Below are positions 8,460 to 17,625 of a DNA stretch of 32,000 nt, piece by piece. The stretch is from Kiritimatiella glycovorans (GTDB lineage: Bacteria > Verrucomicrobiota > Kiritimatiellia > Kiritimatiellales > Kiritimatiellaceae). The notes under the pieces were generated by a model. The model did not search any database and was not told the origin of the DNA. It saw only the letters and a list, made by a program, of their open reading frames with translations. The number at the start of each line of letters is the position of its first letter. Positions within the stretch are counted from its first letter, which is position 1. The translations under genes were made by a program, and so were the position numbers. The stretch lies in the NCBI RefSeq assembly GCF_001017655.1, contig NZ_CP010904.1, positions 1-32,000 of the forward strand, written 5' to 3'.

Positions 8460-8507
8460 ATATCACGCGCCTTGGCCCTTCGGGCGCTTACGGCGCTATT
8501 ACGAACG
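8460..8507 (-). repeat. Y element partial, diverged copy (Y3)
   Basis: Retains TCACGCGCC ... GGCGCTATTACGAACG, which matches the same half of Y1 and Y2. Confidence 0.6.
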
Positions 8508-8588
8508 TTTGTCGTCTCCCATCCCGCCTCTTCCCCGAACGGCTCCACCACAAAAATCTACGAAGAACCCTATTCCGGCGGTTCTTCG
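8508..8588 (-). repeat. P module, subtype 2 (TTCGTAGATTTTTGTGGTGGAGCCGTTCGGGGAAGAGGCGGGATGG...)
   Basis: The reverse complement is nearly identical to 18603-18662 and 31781-31839. Confidence 0.9.
8549..8588 (-). terminator. intrinsic-terminator-like hairpin plus T5, supplied by the P2 head
   Basis: On the minus strand: CGAAGAACC, 10-nt loop, GGTTCTTCG (perfect 9-bp stem), followed by TAGATTTTTGTGG. The TAG stop of the upstream CDS lies in the loop. Confidence 0.5.
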
Positions 8589-9088
8589 CCGCGGGCGGCG
8601 AAATAGTGGCGAAGGAATTCGAGATCCGGAGCGTCTTTTGCCCGGTGCGTGTGGGCTTTCATGCGCCACAGCAGGCGCGGGGAGGCGAACGGAATGCAAA
8701 CCCCATCCACCTCACGGCACACAATGTCCGAAGCTGCGGACTGGTAATCGATGCCGGCCGCGGAGCTCATAAGGTCGACGATGATTTCATCTGCGATGCG
8801 CACAACAACGTATTTCGACACATCGCCCGCCTCAAGCTCACGCACAGCACCGTCCGGCAGACATTCCAATGCACGGTAAACGCGCTGTTCGTTTGCCGAT
8901 TCGGAATCAATCAGTATATCGACATCGCCCGTCAACCGGGGATAGCCGGTTTGAATGATGGCAAACCCCCCTACGATCAGGTAGCGGCAGCCCCCATCGT
9001 TTAACGACCGACACAGGCGGACCAGGTCCTCCCGCTCCGGTGGACGTGGTTCTAGCTCGGCTTGTCCGCCATGTTTTCCATCGTCCAT
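8570..9088 (-). CDS. nucleotidyltransferase-fold protein (minimal NTase, TA/Abi-like), 172 aa
   Basis: The pattern G-G-x(n)-D-x-D in YLIVGGFAIIQTGYPRLTGDVDILID is typical of pol-beta-superfamily NTases. Overlaps its upstream partner gene by 37 nt. Confidence 0.7.
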   Translation of the reverse strand: MDDGKHGGQAELEPRPPEREDLVRLCRSLNDGGCRYLIVGGFAIIQTGYPRLTGDVDILIDSESANEQRVYRALECLPDGAVRELEAGDVSKYVVVRIADEIIVDLMSSAAGIDYQSAASDIVCREVDGVCIPFASPRLLWRMKAHTHRAKDAPDLEFLRHYFAARGEEPPE

Positions 9089-9267
9089 CGGTCGGCCTCC
9101 TCGAATGAAGTAAAGCGGTAAACGCCTTTGCGAATACGCCGCGATCTCCGTCCGGCCATCATCCGCCCCGCCGCAGACTGCAACTTCATCCCGTAGTCCA
9201 GCGGCGCACGCATTCGTCTTCGCCCGACCGTCTTCCCCACTGGATCGCTGTAGTTGATCTCGCTCAT
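9052..9267 (-). CDS. small basic partner protein (putative antitoxin or adaptor), 71 aa
   Basis: Start trimmed to ATG 9267 (MSEINYSDPVGKT...). Arg-rich with a C-terminal GVYRFTSFEEADRW motif. Overlaps the NTase ORF, and a promoter-like element lies directly upstream. Confidence 0.55.
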   Translation of the reverse strand: MSEINYSDPVGKTVGRRRMRAPLDYGMKLQSAAGRMMAGRRSRRIRKGVYRFTSFEEADRWTMENMADKPS

Positions 9268-9274
9268 GGTGACC

Positions 9275-9303
9275 AGTGTACTCCGGCGAGTTCCGCTTGA
9301 CAA
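9275..9303 (-). promoter_or_regulatory. possible sigma-70 promoter TTGTCA-N17-TACACT for the two-gene cassette
   Basis: The -10 hexamer ends only 7 nt before ATG 9267, which implies a leaderless or very short-leader mRNA. Confidence 0.4.
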
Positions 9304-9331
9304 TGTCCGCAAACCGGCGTGCAGCGCGAGA

Positions 9332-10498
9332 TCACCGGTGGTTTTCGGGAGCGTATTTCGTCCGGCGTCCCGCTTCCGCGAGCGCGTAGCGGTCGGTGAA
9401 GCCCGAGAGATAATCGCAGACGGTCCTCCGGAGGCCTTCGCGCTCGAGCCGCGCCTGCGCCTTGCGCCCCATGGACTCCGGGTGCGCGAGGTAGTGGCGG
9501 AACAGGTTCTCGAGCAGGCGCACGGCGCGCCGGTTGCGCTCCAGAACGGAATCCGAGAAGTAGACGCGGTCGAAGAGAAACGCCCGGAAGCGGGAGATCA
9601 TGGATTCAAGCTCCGGACCGAACCGCACCAGCCGTTCGGGCGCGTTCATCACCGCCTCCGGCGAGCGGGGATCGTGCCGCTCGAGTGCCGCCCGACCGGT
9701 AGCGATCACGTCTTCCACCTGGAGGTCGAGAAGATTGCGCACCGAGATCCTGATCCTGTGCTTCTCCGCCAGCTCTCCGTACTGGCTGCGGGTCCGCTCC
9801 GCCGCCCGCCGCCACAGGGGTTCCCCGAGCAGCGCCTCCTCCGACAGCATTCCCGCCTCCAGCGCATCGTCCACGTCGTGAGCGCAATAGGTCATGTCGT
9901 CGGAGATGTCGGCAATCTGCGCCTCGAGCTGCTGGTGCGGACCCAGCGGGCGACCGTCGAGCGCGGCGCCGGGCTCCGCAGCCCTGTGCTTCATCAGCCC
10001 GGCCCGCACCTCCCAGGTCGGGTTGAGGCCGGGGAAAGACGGGTAGCGGACCTCAAGAAGAGACAGCCAGCGCAGGCTCTGATCGTTGTGGTCGAATCCG
10101 CCGTGTTCCTTCATCAGCGCATTCAGCGCCCGTTCGCCGGCATGGCCGAACGGCGGATGGCCGATATCGTGCGCCAGCGCGATGGCCTCGGTGAGGTCTT
10201 CGTTGGCGGCGAACACCCGGGCGAGCGTACGGCCGACGGCGGCCATCTCCATGGTGTGCGTCAGGCGCGTGCGGTAGTGGTCCACCGTCGCCCGCACGAA
10301 GACCTGGGTCTTGTATTCCAGCCTCCGGAAGCAGCGACTGTGCAGAATGCGGTCGCGATCGCGCTGGAAACAGGTGCGCGACGGGTGCTCGGCCTCGGCA
10401 TAACGGCGCCCCGCGCTCGCCCGGCTGCGGACCGCATACGGCGCCAGCAGCTCGTCCTCACGCTGTTCCCATGTGTCGCGGAATGACATCGGCGTCAT
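9332..10498 (-). CDS. dgt: dGTPase-like dNTP triphosphohydrolase (HD domain), 388 aa
   Basis: HD motif ALAHDIGHPPFGHAGE. FQRDRDRILHS near the N-terminus. C-terminal YLSGFTDRYA. Confidence 0.88.
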   Translation of the reverse strand: MTPMSFRDTWEQREDELLAPYAVRSRASAGRRYAEAEHPSRTCFQRDRDRILHSRCFRRLEYKTQVFVRATVDHYRTRLTHTMEMAAVGRTLARVFAANEDLTEAIALAHDIGHPPFGHAGERALNALMKEHGGFDHNDQSLRWLSLLEVRYPSFPGLNPTWEVRAGLMKHRAAEPGAALDGRPLGPHQQLEAQIADISDDMTYCAHDVDDALEAGMLSEEALLGEPLWRRAAERTRSQYGELAEKHRIRISVRNLLDLQVEDVIATGRAALERHDPRSPEAVMNAPERLVRFGPELESMISRFRAFLFDRVYFSDSVLERNRRAVRLLENLFRHYLAHPESMGRKAQARLEREGLRRTVCDYLSGFTDRYALAEAGRRTKYAPENHR

Positions 10499-10548
10499 TA
10501 TGACGACCCTGCGCGAGTAGATAAAGAAGATCCCCGGAAGAACCTACT

Positions 10549-11430
10549 TTATACCGCAATATCCAGCACGAACCCGAGCAGGTAGAGCGCGCCGAAGAGC
10601 AGGTTCAGTTGCGCGGTGGAGGCGTCGAGGGCGCGCAGTGCGCCCCGACGGGCCCGGCGTACCAGAAGGATGGCGGCCGGCAGCGACGCCGCGGTGAGCA
10701 GGGTCGTTGCGGGCAGCCGACCCTCGGGCGCAGGCAGTGCGACCAGAAGCGGGACCAGCGCATACGGCAGCGTCATCAGCGCGGCGTAATAATAGAGAGC
10801 GCCGCGCGGACCCAGCCTGCCGGCCACGGTACGGATTCCGGCCGCGCGGTCCGCCGCGGCGTCCCGCCAGTTGTTCGCGTGGAGGATCGCCGCCACCAGC
10901 AGACCCGGCGGAAGCCCCCACAGCAGCGGCGCCCACGCAAAACCGCCGGTCTGAACCGCCCACCCCCCGAGCGAGCCGAGCAGGCCGAAGGCCGTCAGCA
11001 CCGCGGCGTCGCCCAGCGTGTGACGCTTGAGACGGGGATAGGCCAGGCCGCAGGCACCGCCGGCGGCCCCGAGGGCGAGGAGTTCGGGACCCACACGCGG
11101 GACGAGGCTCAGGCCGAGCAGCGCCCCGCACGCCAGGACGAACATACCCCCGCGCCGTGCCTGTGCGGGGGTGAGAAGACCGCGAACCACCGCCCCGGAG
11201 GCCGGGTGCGCATCGCGGTCGATGCCGACCAGAAAATCCGCCGCGTCGCTGCGCATGTTGACGCCCGAATGCAGCAGCAGCATCGCCGCCAGGGCGACGA
11301 GAAAAGGCATCCAGGCGAACCCGGCCGGGGTGGCCGCCGCCGCGGCCAGCGATCCGCCGGCGACGGGGATGACCGTCGCCGGGAACGAAAAGGGCCGCGC
11401 CGCGACGAGCCACGTTTGGATGCGGTTCAT
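10549..11430 (-). CDS. UbiA-superfamily prenyltransferase, MenA-like, 293 aa
   Basis: Polytopic membrane protein with Asp-rich motifs NMRSDAADFLVGIDRD and HANNWRDAAADRAAG. Confidence 0.75.
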   Translation of the reverse strand: MNRIQTWLVAARPFSFPATVIPVAGGSLAAAAATPAGFAWMPFLVALAAMLLLHSGVNMRSDAADFLVGIDRDAHPASGAVVRGLLTPAQARRGGMFVLACGALLGLSLVPRVGPELLALGAAGGACGLAYPRLKRHTLGDAAVLTAFGLLGSLGGWAVQTGGFAWAPLLWGLPPGLLVAAILHANNWRDAAADRAAGIRTVAGRLGPRGALYYYAALMTLPYALVPLLVALPAPEGRLPATTLLTAASLPAAILLVRRARRGALRALDASTAQLNLLFGALYLLGFVLDIAV

Positions 11431-11436
11431 CCGGCC

Positions 11437-12384
11437 CTACTTAACGGCGGCGCGGACCTCTTCGAGCCGGCCGGCGCTGCCGAGGACTTCATTCTTGTGC
11501 TCGATGTACTTGGCGTACTCGCCCATGAAGACCTTGCCCGCGGGACGCAGGTCGAAGACTTCGGGATGGTCGCGGAAGTGTTCGCGGTGGACGCGGCACC
11601 AGACCAGGCGGCCGTCGGTGTCGATGTTGACCTTCGTCACACCCATCTTGCCCGCCTTGTGGATTTCGTCTTCGTCCACGCCCTTGGCGCCCTTGAGTTC
11701 GCCGCCGGCGGCGTTGATGCGCTCGACCTCGTCCTGCGGCACGGAGCTGGAACCGTGCATGACCAGCGGAAAGCCGGGCAACAGCTCGGCGATCTTTTCG
11801 ATCACCTCGAAGTGCAGGCCCTGCGAGCCGGAGAACTTGTAGGCGCCGTGGCTCGTGCCGATCGCGCATGCCAGGCTGTCGCAGCCGGTCCGCTTCACAA
11901 ACTCTTCGACCTGTTCGGGATCCGTGAGTTTGGCGTCGGCTTCCGATACGGAGACGTGTTCCTCGACGCCGCCGAGCTTGCCCAGCTCGGCCTCCACGGC
12001 CACGCCCTTTTCGTGAGCGCGGTCGACGACGCGTTTCGTGATCGCGATGTTCTCCTCGAATTCTTCCCCGCTCGCATCGATCATGACCGAACTGTAGAAC
12101 CCGCTGTCGATGCAGTCGTAACAGTTCTCTTCGTCGCCGTGGTCCAGGTGGACGGCGAAGATGGCTTCGGGAAAGATCTCGTCGGCCGCGCGGATCATGG
12201 CTTCGAGCAGCCGCTTGTCCGTGTAGGAGCGTGCGCCTTTCGAGAGCTGGAGAATAAACGGCGCCTTGCTGTTGATGTTGCCGCGGAAGAGCGCCATCAC
12301 CTGTTCGGCGTTATTGATGTTGTACGCGCCGACGGCGTACTTCTTGTAGGCCTGTTCGAACAGCACCTTGGTCGATACGATCAT
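11437..12384 (-). CDS. fba: class II fructose-1,6-bisphosphate aldolase, 315 aa
   Basis: AVHLDHGDEE, LVMHGSSSVP and TKVNIDTD motifs. RBS AAGGAGG upstream. Confidence 0.92.
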   Translation of the reverse strand: MIVSTKVLFEQAYKKYAVGAYNINNAEQVMALFRGNINSKAPFILQLSKGARSYTDKRLLEAMIRAADEIFPEAIFAVHLDHGDEENCYDCIDSGFYSSVMIDASGEEFEENIAITKRVVDRAHEKGVAVEAELGKLGGVEEHVSVSEADAKLTDPEQVEEFVKRTGCDSLACAIGTSHGAYKFSGSQGLHFEVIEKIAELLPGFPLVMHGSSSVPQDEVERINAAGGELKGAKGVDEDEIHKAGKMGVTKVNIDTDGRLVWCRVHREHFRDHPEVFDLRPAGKVFMGEYAKYIEHKNEVLGSAGRLEEVRAAVK

Positions 12385-12434
12385 GGGTTGCCTCCTTTGA
12401 CTCCCGAGTCTGCGATGCGAAATAAAGAGCGCAC

Positions 12435-12464
12435 ACTATAGGAGGGCGCGCGAAGGGGGGTCAA
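12435..12464 (-). promoter_or_regulatory. possible sigma-70 promoter TTGACC-N18-TATAGT upstream of fba
   Basis: On the minus strand, TTGACC (12464-12459) and TATAGT (12440-12435) lie about 50 nt upstream of the fba ATG. Confidence 0.45.
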
Positions 12465-12479
12465 TCACGGAGCGGATTT

Positions 12480-12767
12480 TTATTCTCCCACGCTGCGGGC
12501 GTCGGGAAAGTCGAAGTGCGTCTCGAACAGCTCCCGGAACCTTTCGCACACCCGTTCCTCGTCGGGGCCTTCGACGGTGATGGAGACTTCCGCACCCTGT
12601 TCGAGGGCGAGGGAGATCAGCTCGAGCACGGAGCCGAGCTCAGTTGCCTCGTTCCCGTGCGCGACGGTGATCGTGCCCGGGTAGTCCCGGGCCTCTTCCA
12701 CGATCTTCGCGCTGGGGCGGCAGTGAATGCCGGCGCTGTTGGTGACCACGGCCTTTGCGGATACCAT
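12480..12767 (-). CDS. ptsH: HPr-family phosphocarrier protein, 95 aa
   Basis: Active-site region NSAGIHCRPSAKIV (His-15 equivalent) and ELGSVLELISL (Ser-46 region). Confidence 0.85.
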   Translation of the reverse strand: MVSAKAVVTNSAGIHCRPSAKIVEEARDYPGTITVAHGNEATELGSVLELISLALEQGAEVSITVEGPDEERVCERFRELFETHFDFPDARSVGE

Positions 12768-12872
12768 TTCTTACGTCCCCGCCGGAGTATTCCCGCGTGA
12801 CAGGCGCGGGGCGCTGCGGTACAAACGCCCGACACGATGTGGCACATCAGGATTTGAACTGTTCGAGGAACC

Positions 12873-13883
<1,011 letters not shown>

Positions 13884-13925
13884 GCGGGACGCGCAATCGA
13901 AGCCGAACTCGGGATTCACAGAGAA

Positions 13926-14010
13926 CGTGATTCGTACGCGTACGCGTGCTCGGAGCGCCGCAGGCGCGATGCCACTACCCCGATTCGAGGAAATCGAGTA
14001 CGAGTACGAT
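13926..14010 (+). repeat. A element copy A2
   Basis: GTGATTC(GTACGC)2 GTGCTCGGA-GCGCC-GCA-GGCGC-GATGCCACTACCCCGATTCGAGGAAATC(GAGTAC)2. Confidence 0.85.
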
Positions 14011-14039
14011 GTGACGCGAGCGGAGTTTCCTTTGCTCAC

Positions 14040-14074
14040 CGCAAAAATTACGGAGAACTCTCCGATGGGAGTTC
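14040..14074 (-). terminator. terminator-like hairpin plus T5 just downstream of purB
   Basis: On the minus strand: GAACTC, 8-nt loop, GAGTTC, then TCCGTAATTTTTGCGG. Homologous in layout to the P-head hairpin at 8549-8588. Confidence 0.4.
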
Positions 14075-14104
14075 ATTCAAGGGCGCGATCCCCCCTGCCC
14101 GGCG

Positions 14105-15484
14105 TCAGATGTCGCGGGCGAGATCGGCCGCCAGGCCGATATAGGCGGCGGGTGTGAGCGCGAGCAGGCGGTCCCGGTCTTCTTCCGGGAGTTCGAGACC
14201 GCGGATGAACTCGTGCAGCGACTCGCGCGTGACGGCTTTCCCGCGCGTCAGCTCTTTGAGCCGCTCGTACGGATGTTCAAGGCCTGCCTTGCGCATGACG
14301 GTCTGGACCGGCTCGGCGAGCACCTCCCACGCGCCGTCCAGCTCGGCGCGCAGGGCGTCGCCGTTCGGCTCGAGCTTCTCCATGCCGCGCAGCGAGGAGC
14401 GGAAGGCGAGCAGCGAATGGCCGAAGGCGACGCCGATGTTGCGCAGCACCGTGCTGCCGCTCAGATCGCGCTGCATCCGCGAGACGGGGAGTTCCGCGGC
14501 CAGGTGCTCGAGCAATCGGCAGGCGATTCCGAGATTGCCCTCGCTGTTTTCGAAATCCAGCGGGTTCACCTTGTGCGGCATGGTCGAAGAACCAACCTCT
14601 CCGGCGCGCGTCTTCTGCTTCAGCGCGCCCCGCGACACATAGAGCCACACGTCGCGGTCGAGATCCAGCAGGGTGCGGTTGAAGCGTGCGAGCGCGTGGA
14701 ATAGCTCCGCAAGCCCGTCCTGGGGTTCCACCTGGGTGGTGTACGGCGTCTGGGTCAGGCCGAGGCGCTGCTCAATGAGTTCCCGGGTGATCCGCGGCCA
14801 GTCGGCCCCGGGGCAGGCCGCCGCGTGGGCATTGAAATTGCCGACCGCGCCGTTCATTTTTCCGCGCAGGGGTACGGATTCGATGCAGGTGCGGTGACGT
14901 GCGAGGCGATCGGCATAGACGGCCCACTCCTTGCCGAGCGTCGTCGGAGACGCCGGCTGACCGTGGGTCCGGGCCAGCATCGGAATGTCCGCGTCCGCAT
15001 GCGCCCGCGCGCGGAGCGCGTCGATAAGCTCCTGCTGTACGGTCAGCAACACTTCCCGCCCGTCCCCCACCATCAGCGTGTAGGCCAGGTTGTTGATGTC
15101 CTCCGACGTGCAGGCGAAGTGGAGGAATTCGGAGACGTCTACCAGCGAGGTGTCCGCGAGGCGTTCCCGCAGATAGTATTCCACCGCCTTGACGTCGTGA
15201 TTGGTGGTCCGCTCGATATCCTTGACCCTGGCCGCGTCCTGTGCGCTGAAGTTGTCGGCGAGCGACTCCAGCAACGCCGTCTCCTCCGGGCTGAGCGCGC
15301 GCGCCTCCGGAACGGCGGGCTCGCCGCACAGGGTCTCCAGCCAGAACACCTCGACGCGGACGCGCTGGCGGATCAGCGCCGCCTCGGAGAACACGCCCCG
15401 GAGCACGGCGGTTTTGGCGGCGTACCGCCCGTCCAGGGGGCCGAGGGCGGTCATCGGTGTGAGTTCTTCCGTATCGATGTTCAT
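14105..15484 (-). CDS. purB: adenylosuccinate lyase, 459 aa
   Basis: Fumarate-lyase signature GSSTMPHKVNPLDFEN. N-terminus LGPLDGRYA. Confidence 0.95.
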   Translation of the reverse strand: MNIDTEELTPMTALGPLDGRYAAKTAVLRGVFSEAALIRQRVRVEVFWLETLCGEPAVPEARALSPEETALLESLADNFSAQDAARVKDIERTTNHDVKAVEYYLRERLADTSLVDVSEFLHFACTSEDINNLAYTLMVGDGREVLLTVQQELIDALRARAHADADIPMLARTHGQPASPTTLGKEWAVYADRLARHRTCIESVPLRGKMNGAVGNFNAHAAACPGADWPRITRELIEQRLGLTQTPYTTQVEPQDGLAELFHALARFNRTLLDLDRDVWLYVSRGALKQKTRAGEVGSSTMPHKVNPLDFENSEGNLGIACRLLEHLAAELPVSRMQRDLSGSTVLRNIGVAFGHSLLAFRSSLRGMEKLEPNGDALRAELDGAWEVLAEPVQTVMRKAGLEHPYERLKELTRGKAVTRESLHEFIRGLELPEEDRDRLLALTPAAYIGLAADLARDI

Positions 15485-15499
15485 GGATGTTTCCCCGGG

Positions 15500-15952
15500 T
15501 TAATATTCCTCCACCGGACCGTCCGCGCTCTCCTCCAGCTCGTCGACCGGCGAACCGAAGAAATGCTTGACCCATTGCGGTCTGTTCGAGCGGGTGGTGA
15601 TGATGACGGAGGGTCGCTCTTCGGCCGCGATCCGCAGGCATTCCTTCGCGAACCGGCCGGTATGGATTGCCGAGCGGACCTCGACGCCGTGATCCTGCGC
15701 CTCGCGGATGATGTGCTCCATGCGTTCGGCGGCGATGCGGCCGTGTTCTCTCAGGACGTCATCCTCGTACCGCTGCTGGAGTTCGGGATACATGCCGAGA
15801 TCCGTGCCGATAAAGTAGCGGGCCAGGTTGACGTCGACCACGTAGACGATGACCAGGGGGCGGTTTTCCGTCGCGGCGCGATCGACGGCCCGGCTCACCG
15901 CCTTGTCGGACTGCCGGAACGTTGAAAGCGCCAGCATCACGGGCGCGCTCAT
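15500..15952 (-). CDS. universal stress protein (UspA-like) family protein, 150 aa
   Basis: Alpha/beta USP-like layout ([12 protein letters not shown] ... VIITTRSN ... FFGSPVDEL). Its ATG overlaps the ilvD stop (ATGA). Confidence 0.7.
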   Translation of the reverse strand: MSAPVMLALSTFRQSDKAVSRAVDRAATENRPLVIVYVVDVNLARYFIGTDLGMYPELQQRYEDDVLREHGRIAAERMEHIIREAQDHGVEVRSAIHTGRFAKECLRIAAEERPSVIITTRSNRPQWVKHFFGSPVDELEESADGPVEEY

Positions 15953-17625
15953 GATTCATCCTCCAGCACGGCGCCCCAGCCCGCGTTGGTGGCCATTTTC
16001 GCGTACCGCGCCAGCCATCCCCGGCGGATGCGGGGCTCGGGCGGGGTCCAGGTGGCGCGGCGGCGCGCGATCTCCTCGTCCGCGAGGCGCGCGGACAGCC
16101 GCCGGGAGGGAATATCGTATTCGATTTCGTCGCCGTCGCGGAGGAGCCCGATGAGCCCGCCCTCGGCGGCTTCCGGCGATACGTGCCCGATACAGGCCCC
16201 GTGCGTGCCGCCGCTGAAGCGGCCGTCCGTAATCAGCGCGACGCTTTCGCCTAGGCCCCGGCCCATGATGTAGGAGGTGGGCGCCAGCATCTCCTGCATG
16301 CCCGGCCCGCCTTTCGGCCCCTCGTGGCGGATGACCACGACATCGCCCTCTTTGACCCTGCCGTTCAGGATGCCCTCGCAGGCATCCTCCTGCGACTCGA
16401 AGATGACGGCCGGGCCGCGGTGGGAGCGCATGGCGGGCGCGACTCCGGCGGTTTTGACCACGGAGCCCTCTTCGGCGAGATTGCCCCACAGGATGGCGAG
16501 GCCGCCCTCCTCGCTGTACGCGCGATCGAGCGGACGGATGCACCGGTCGTCGAGAATCTCCGCCCCCGCGATGCGCTCGCCGAGGGTCGTCCCGTCGACC
16601 ATCGGGGCGTCTTTGTTCAAGAGGCCGTCGATCCGGCCGATTTCATTGAGAATGGCGTTAATCCCCCCCGCCCGGTCGACGTCCTCGATATGATACGACG
16701 ACGAGGGCGCCACTTTGCAGATGTTCGGCGTGCGGCGGGAGAGGGCGTTGATCCGGTCGAGGTCGTATTCGACCCCGGCCTCGCGGCTGATCGCGAGGGT
16801 GTGCAGCACGGTATTCGTGCTGCCTCCCATGGCCATATCGAGGATGAAGGCGTTGTCCAGGGAGGCCTCGGTAATCAGCTCGCGCGGACACGGGCCGCCG
16901 TCATGCGCCAGCCTGACCGCGGTGCGCCCCGCGTCCTTCCAGAGCTCCCTGCGGCGGGGATCCCCGGCCAGAATGGTTCCGTTGCCGGGGAGTCCCAGGC
17001 CGATGGCCTCGGTGAGGCAGTTCATGGAGTTGGCCGTGAACATGCCGGAACACGAACCGGCCCCGGGGCAGGCGGCGCACTCCACCGCCTCGAGTTCCTC
17101 TTCGCTTATGCGTCCCTGCTTGAATTCGGCGACGCCCTCAAAGACGCTGATCAGGTCCACCGTGCGGCCGTCTTTCATGTGACCCGCCGCCATGGGACCG
17201 CCGCTGCTGAAGATGGTCGGGATGTTGCAGCGCATGGCGCCCATGATCATACCCGGAACGATCTTGTCGCAGTTCGGGATGCAGATCATGGCATCGAACC
17301 CGTGCGCGCCGATCATGGATTCGACCGCATCCGCGATCAGCTCCCTGCTCGGGAGGGAATACTTCATGCCGGAGTGGCCCATGGCGATGCCGTCGCAGAT
17401 GCCGATCATGTTGAATTCCATCGGCGTGCCGCCGGCCTCGCGGATGGCTTCCTTGATGAGGTCGGCCACGCCTCGCAGGTGTACATGCCCCGGGACGACC
17501 TCGTTGAATGAATTGCAGACCGCGATAAACGGCTTGTCGATGTCCTCGCGCTTCAGTCCGGTCGCGCGCATGAGACTGCGGTGCGGCGCGCGCTCGAACC
17601 CCTTTTTGACCTTGTCGCTGTTCAT
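15949..17625 (-). CDS. ilvD: dihydroxy-acid dehydratase, 558 aa
   Basis: [13 protein letters not shown] and [17 protein letters not shown] motifs. Confidence 0.96.
   Translation of the reverse strand: MNSDKVKKGFERAPHRSLMRATGLKREDIDKPFIAVCNSFNEVVPGHVHLRGVADLIKEAIREAGGTPMEFNMIGICDGIAMGHSGMKYSLPSRELIADAVESMIGAHGFDAMICIPNCDKIVPGMIMGAMRCNIPTIFSSGGPMAAGHMKDGRTVDLISVFEGVAEFKQGRISEEELEAVECAACPGAGSCSGMFTANSMNCLTEAIGLGLPGNGTILAGDPRRRELWKDAGRTAVRLAHDGGPCPRELITEASLDNAFILDMAMGGSTNTVLHTLAISREAGVEYDLDRINALSRRTPNICKVAPSSSYHIEDVDRAGGINAILNEIGRIDGLLNKDAPMVDGTTLGERIAGAEILDDRCIRPLDRAYSEEGGLAILWGNLAEEGSVVKTAGVAPAMRSHRGPAVIFESQEDACEGILNGRVKEGDVVVIRHEGPKGGPGMQEMLAPTSYIMGRGLGESVALITDGRFSGGTHGACIGHVSPEAAEGGLIGLLRDGDEIEYDIPSRRLSARLADEEIARRRATWTPPEPRIRRGWLARYAKMATNAGWGAVLEDES

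Larger units (their letters stand above)
7981..8588. repeat. composite repeat block R1: P1, A1, S (inverted), Y1, Y2, Y3 (partial), P2 (inverted)
   Basis: Every module recurs elsewhere in the window (see the other repeat features). The block is bounded by inverted P heads: GAACC..GGTTCTTCGTAGATTTTT at 7981-8012 and its reverse complement at 8549-8588. Confidence 0.9.
13893..14104. repeat. composite repeat block R2: S, A2, tail with an inverted P-head-like hairpin and a partial A core
   Basis: S at 13895-13925; A2 at 13926-14010; GATGTGACGCGAGCGGAGTTTCC tail; CACCGCAAAAATTACGGAGAACTC resembles an inverted P head; AAGGGCGCGATCCCCCCTGCCCGG at 14079-14104 resembles the A core. Confidence 0.8.

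Noticed and set aside
8254-8507. Possible CRISPR array, because of the tandem repeats
   Set aside because: The units are about 98 nt long and separated by only 7 bp, with no unique spacers. The units are internally palindromic doublets that also occur singly elsewhere, and there are no cas genes.
8153-8606. ORFs of 130-220 aa translated across the repeat blocks (8153-8551, 8208-8606 and 8333-9004; also 18587-19086, 27470-27992 and 31546-31977), giving near-identical peptides such as MRRAQAKKWCVLS.VRSRPAGPRSGQGPLS and RTRTRTRSAEGAIP
   Set aside because: The similarity between these peptides simply reflects the DNA repeats. The repeats occur in both orientations and are broken at module boundaries, indels among copies are not multiples of three (the C-tract is 4-7 nt), and there are no RBSs.
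9332-10498. dGTPase as an anti-phage dNTP-depletion defence gene, because it sits next to the NTase cassette
   Set aside because: Its length and motifs match the widespread housekeeping Dgt-like family. It lies in a run of core metabolic genes (prenyltransferase, fba) and shows no other defence-island hallmarks. The adjacency alone is insufficient.
10609-12441. 610-aa ORF on the + strand antisense to the prenyltransferase gene and fba
   Set aside because: The composition is extremely Arg/Gly/Pro/Asp-rich with no recognisable motifs. It is entirely antisense to two CDSs with clear family signatures, so it is a GC-rich shadow ORF.
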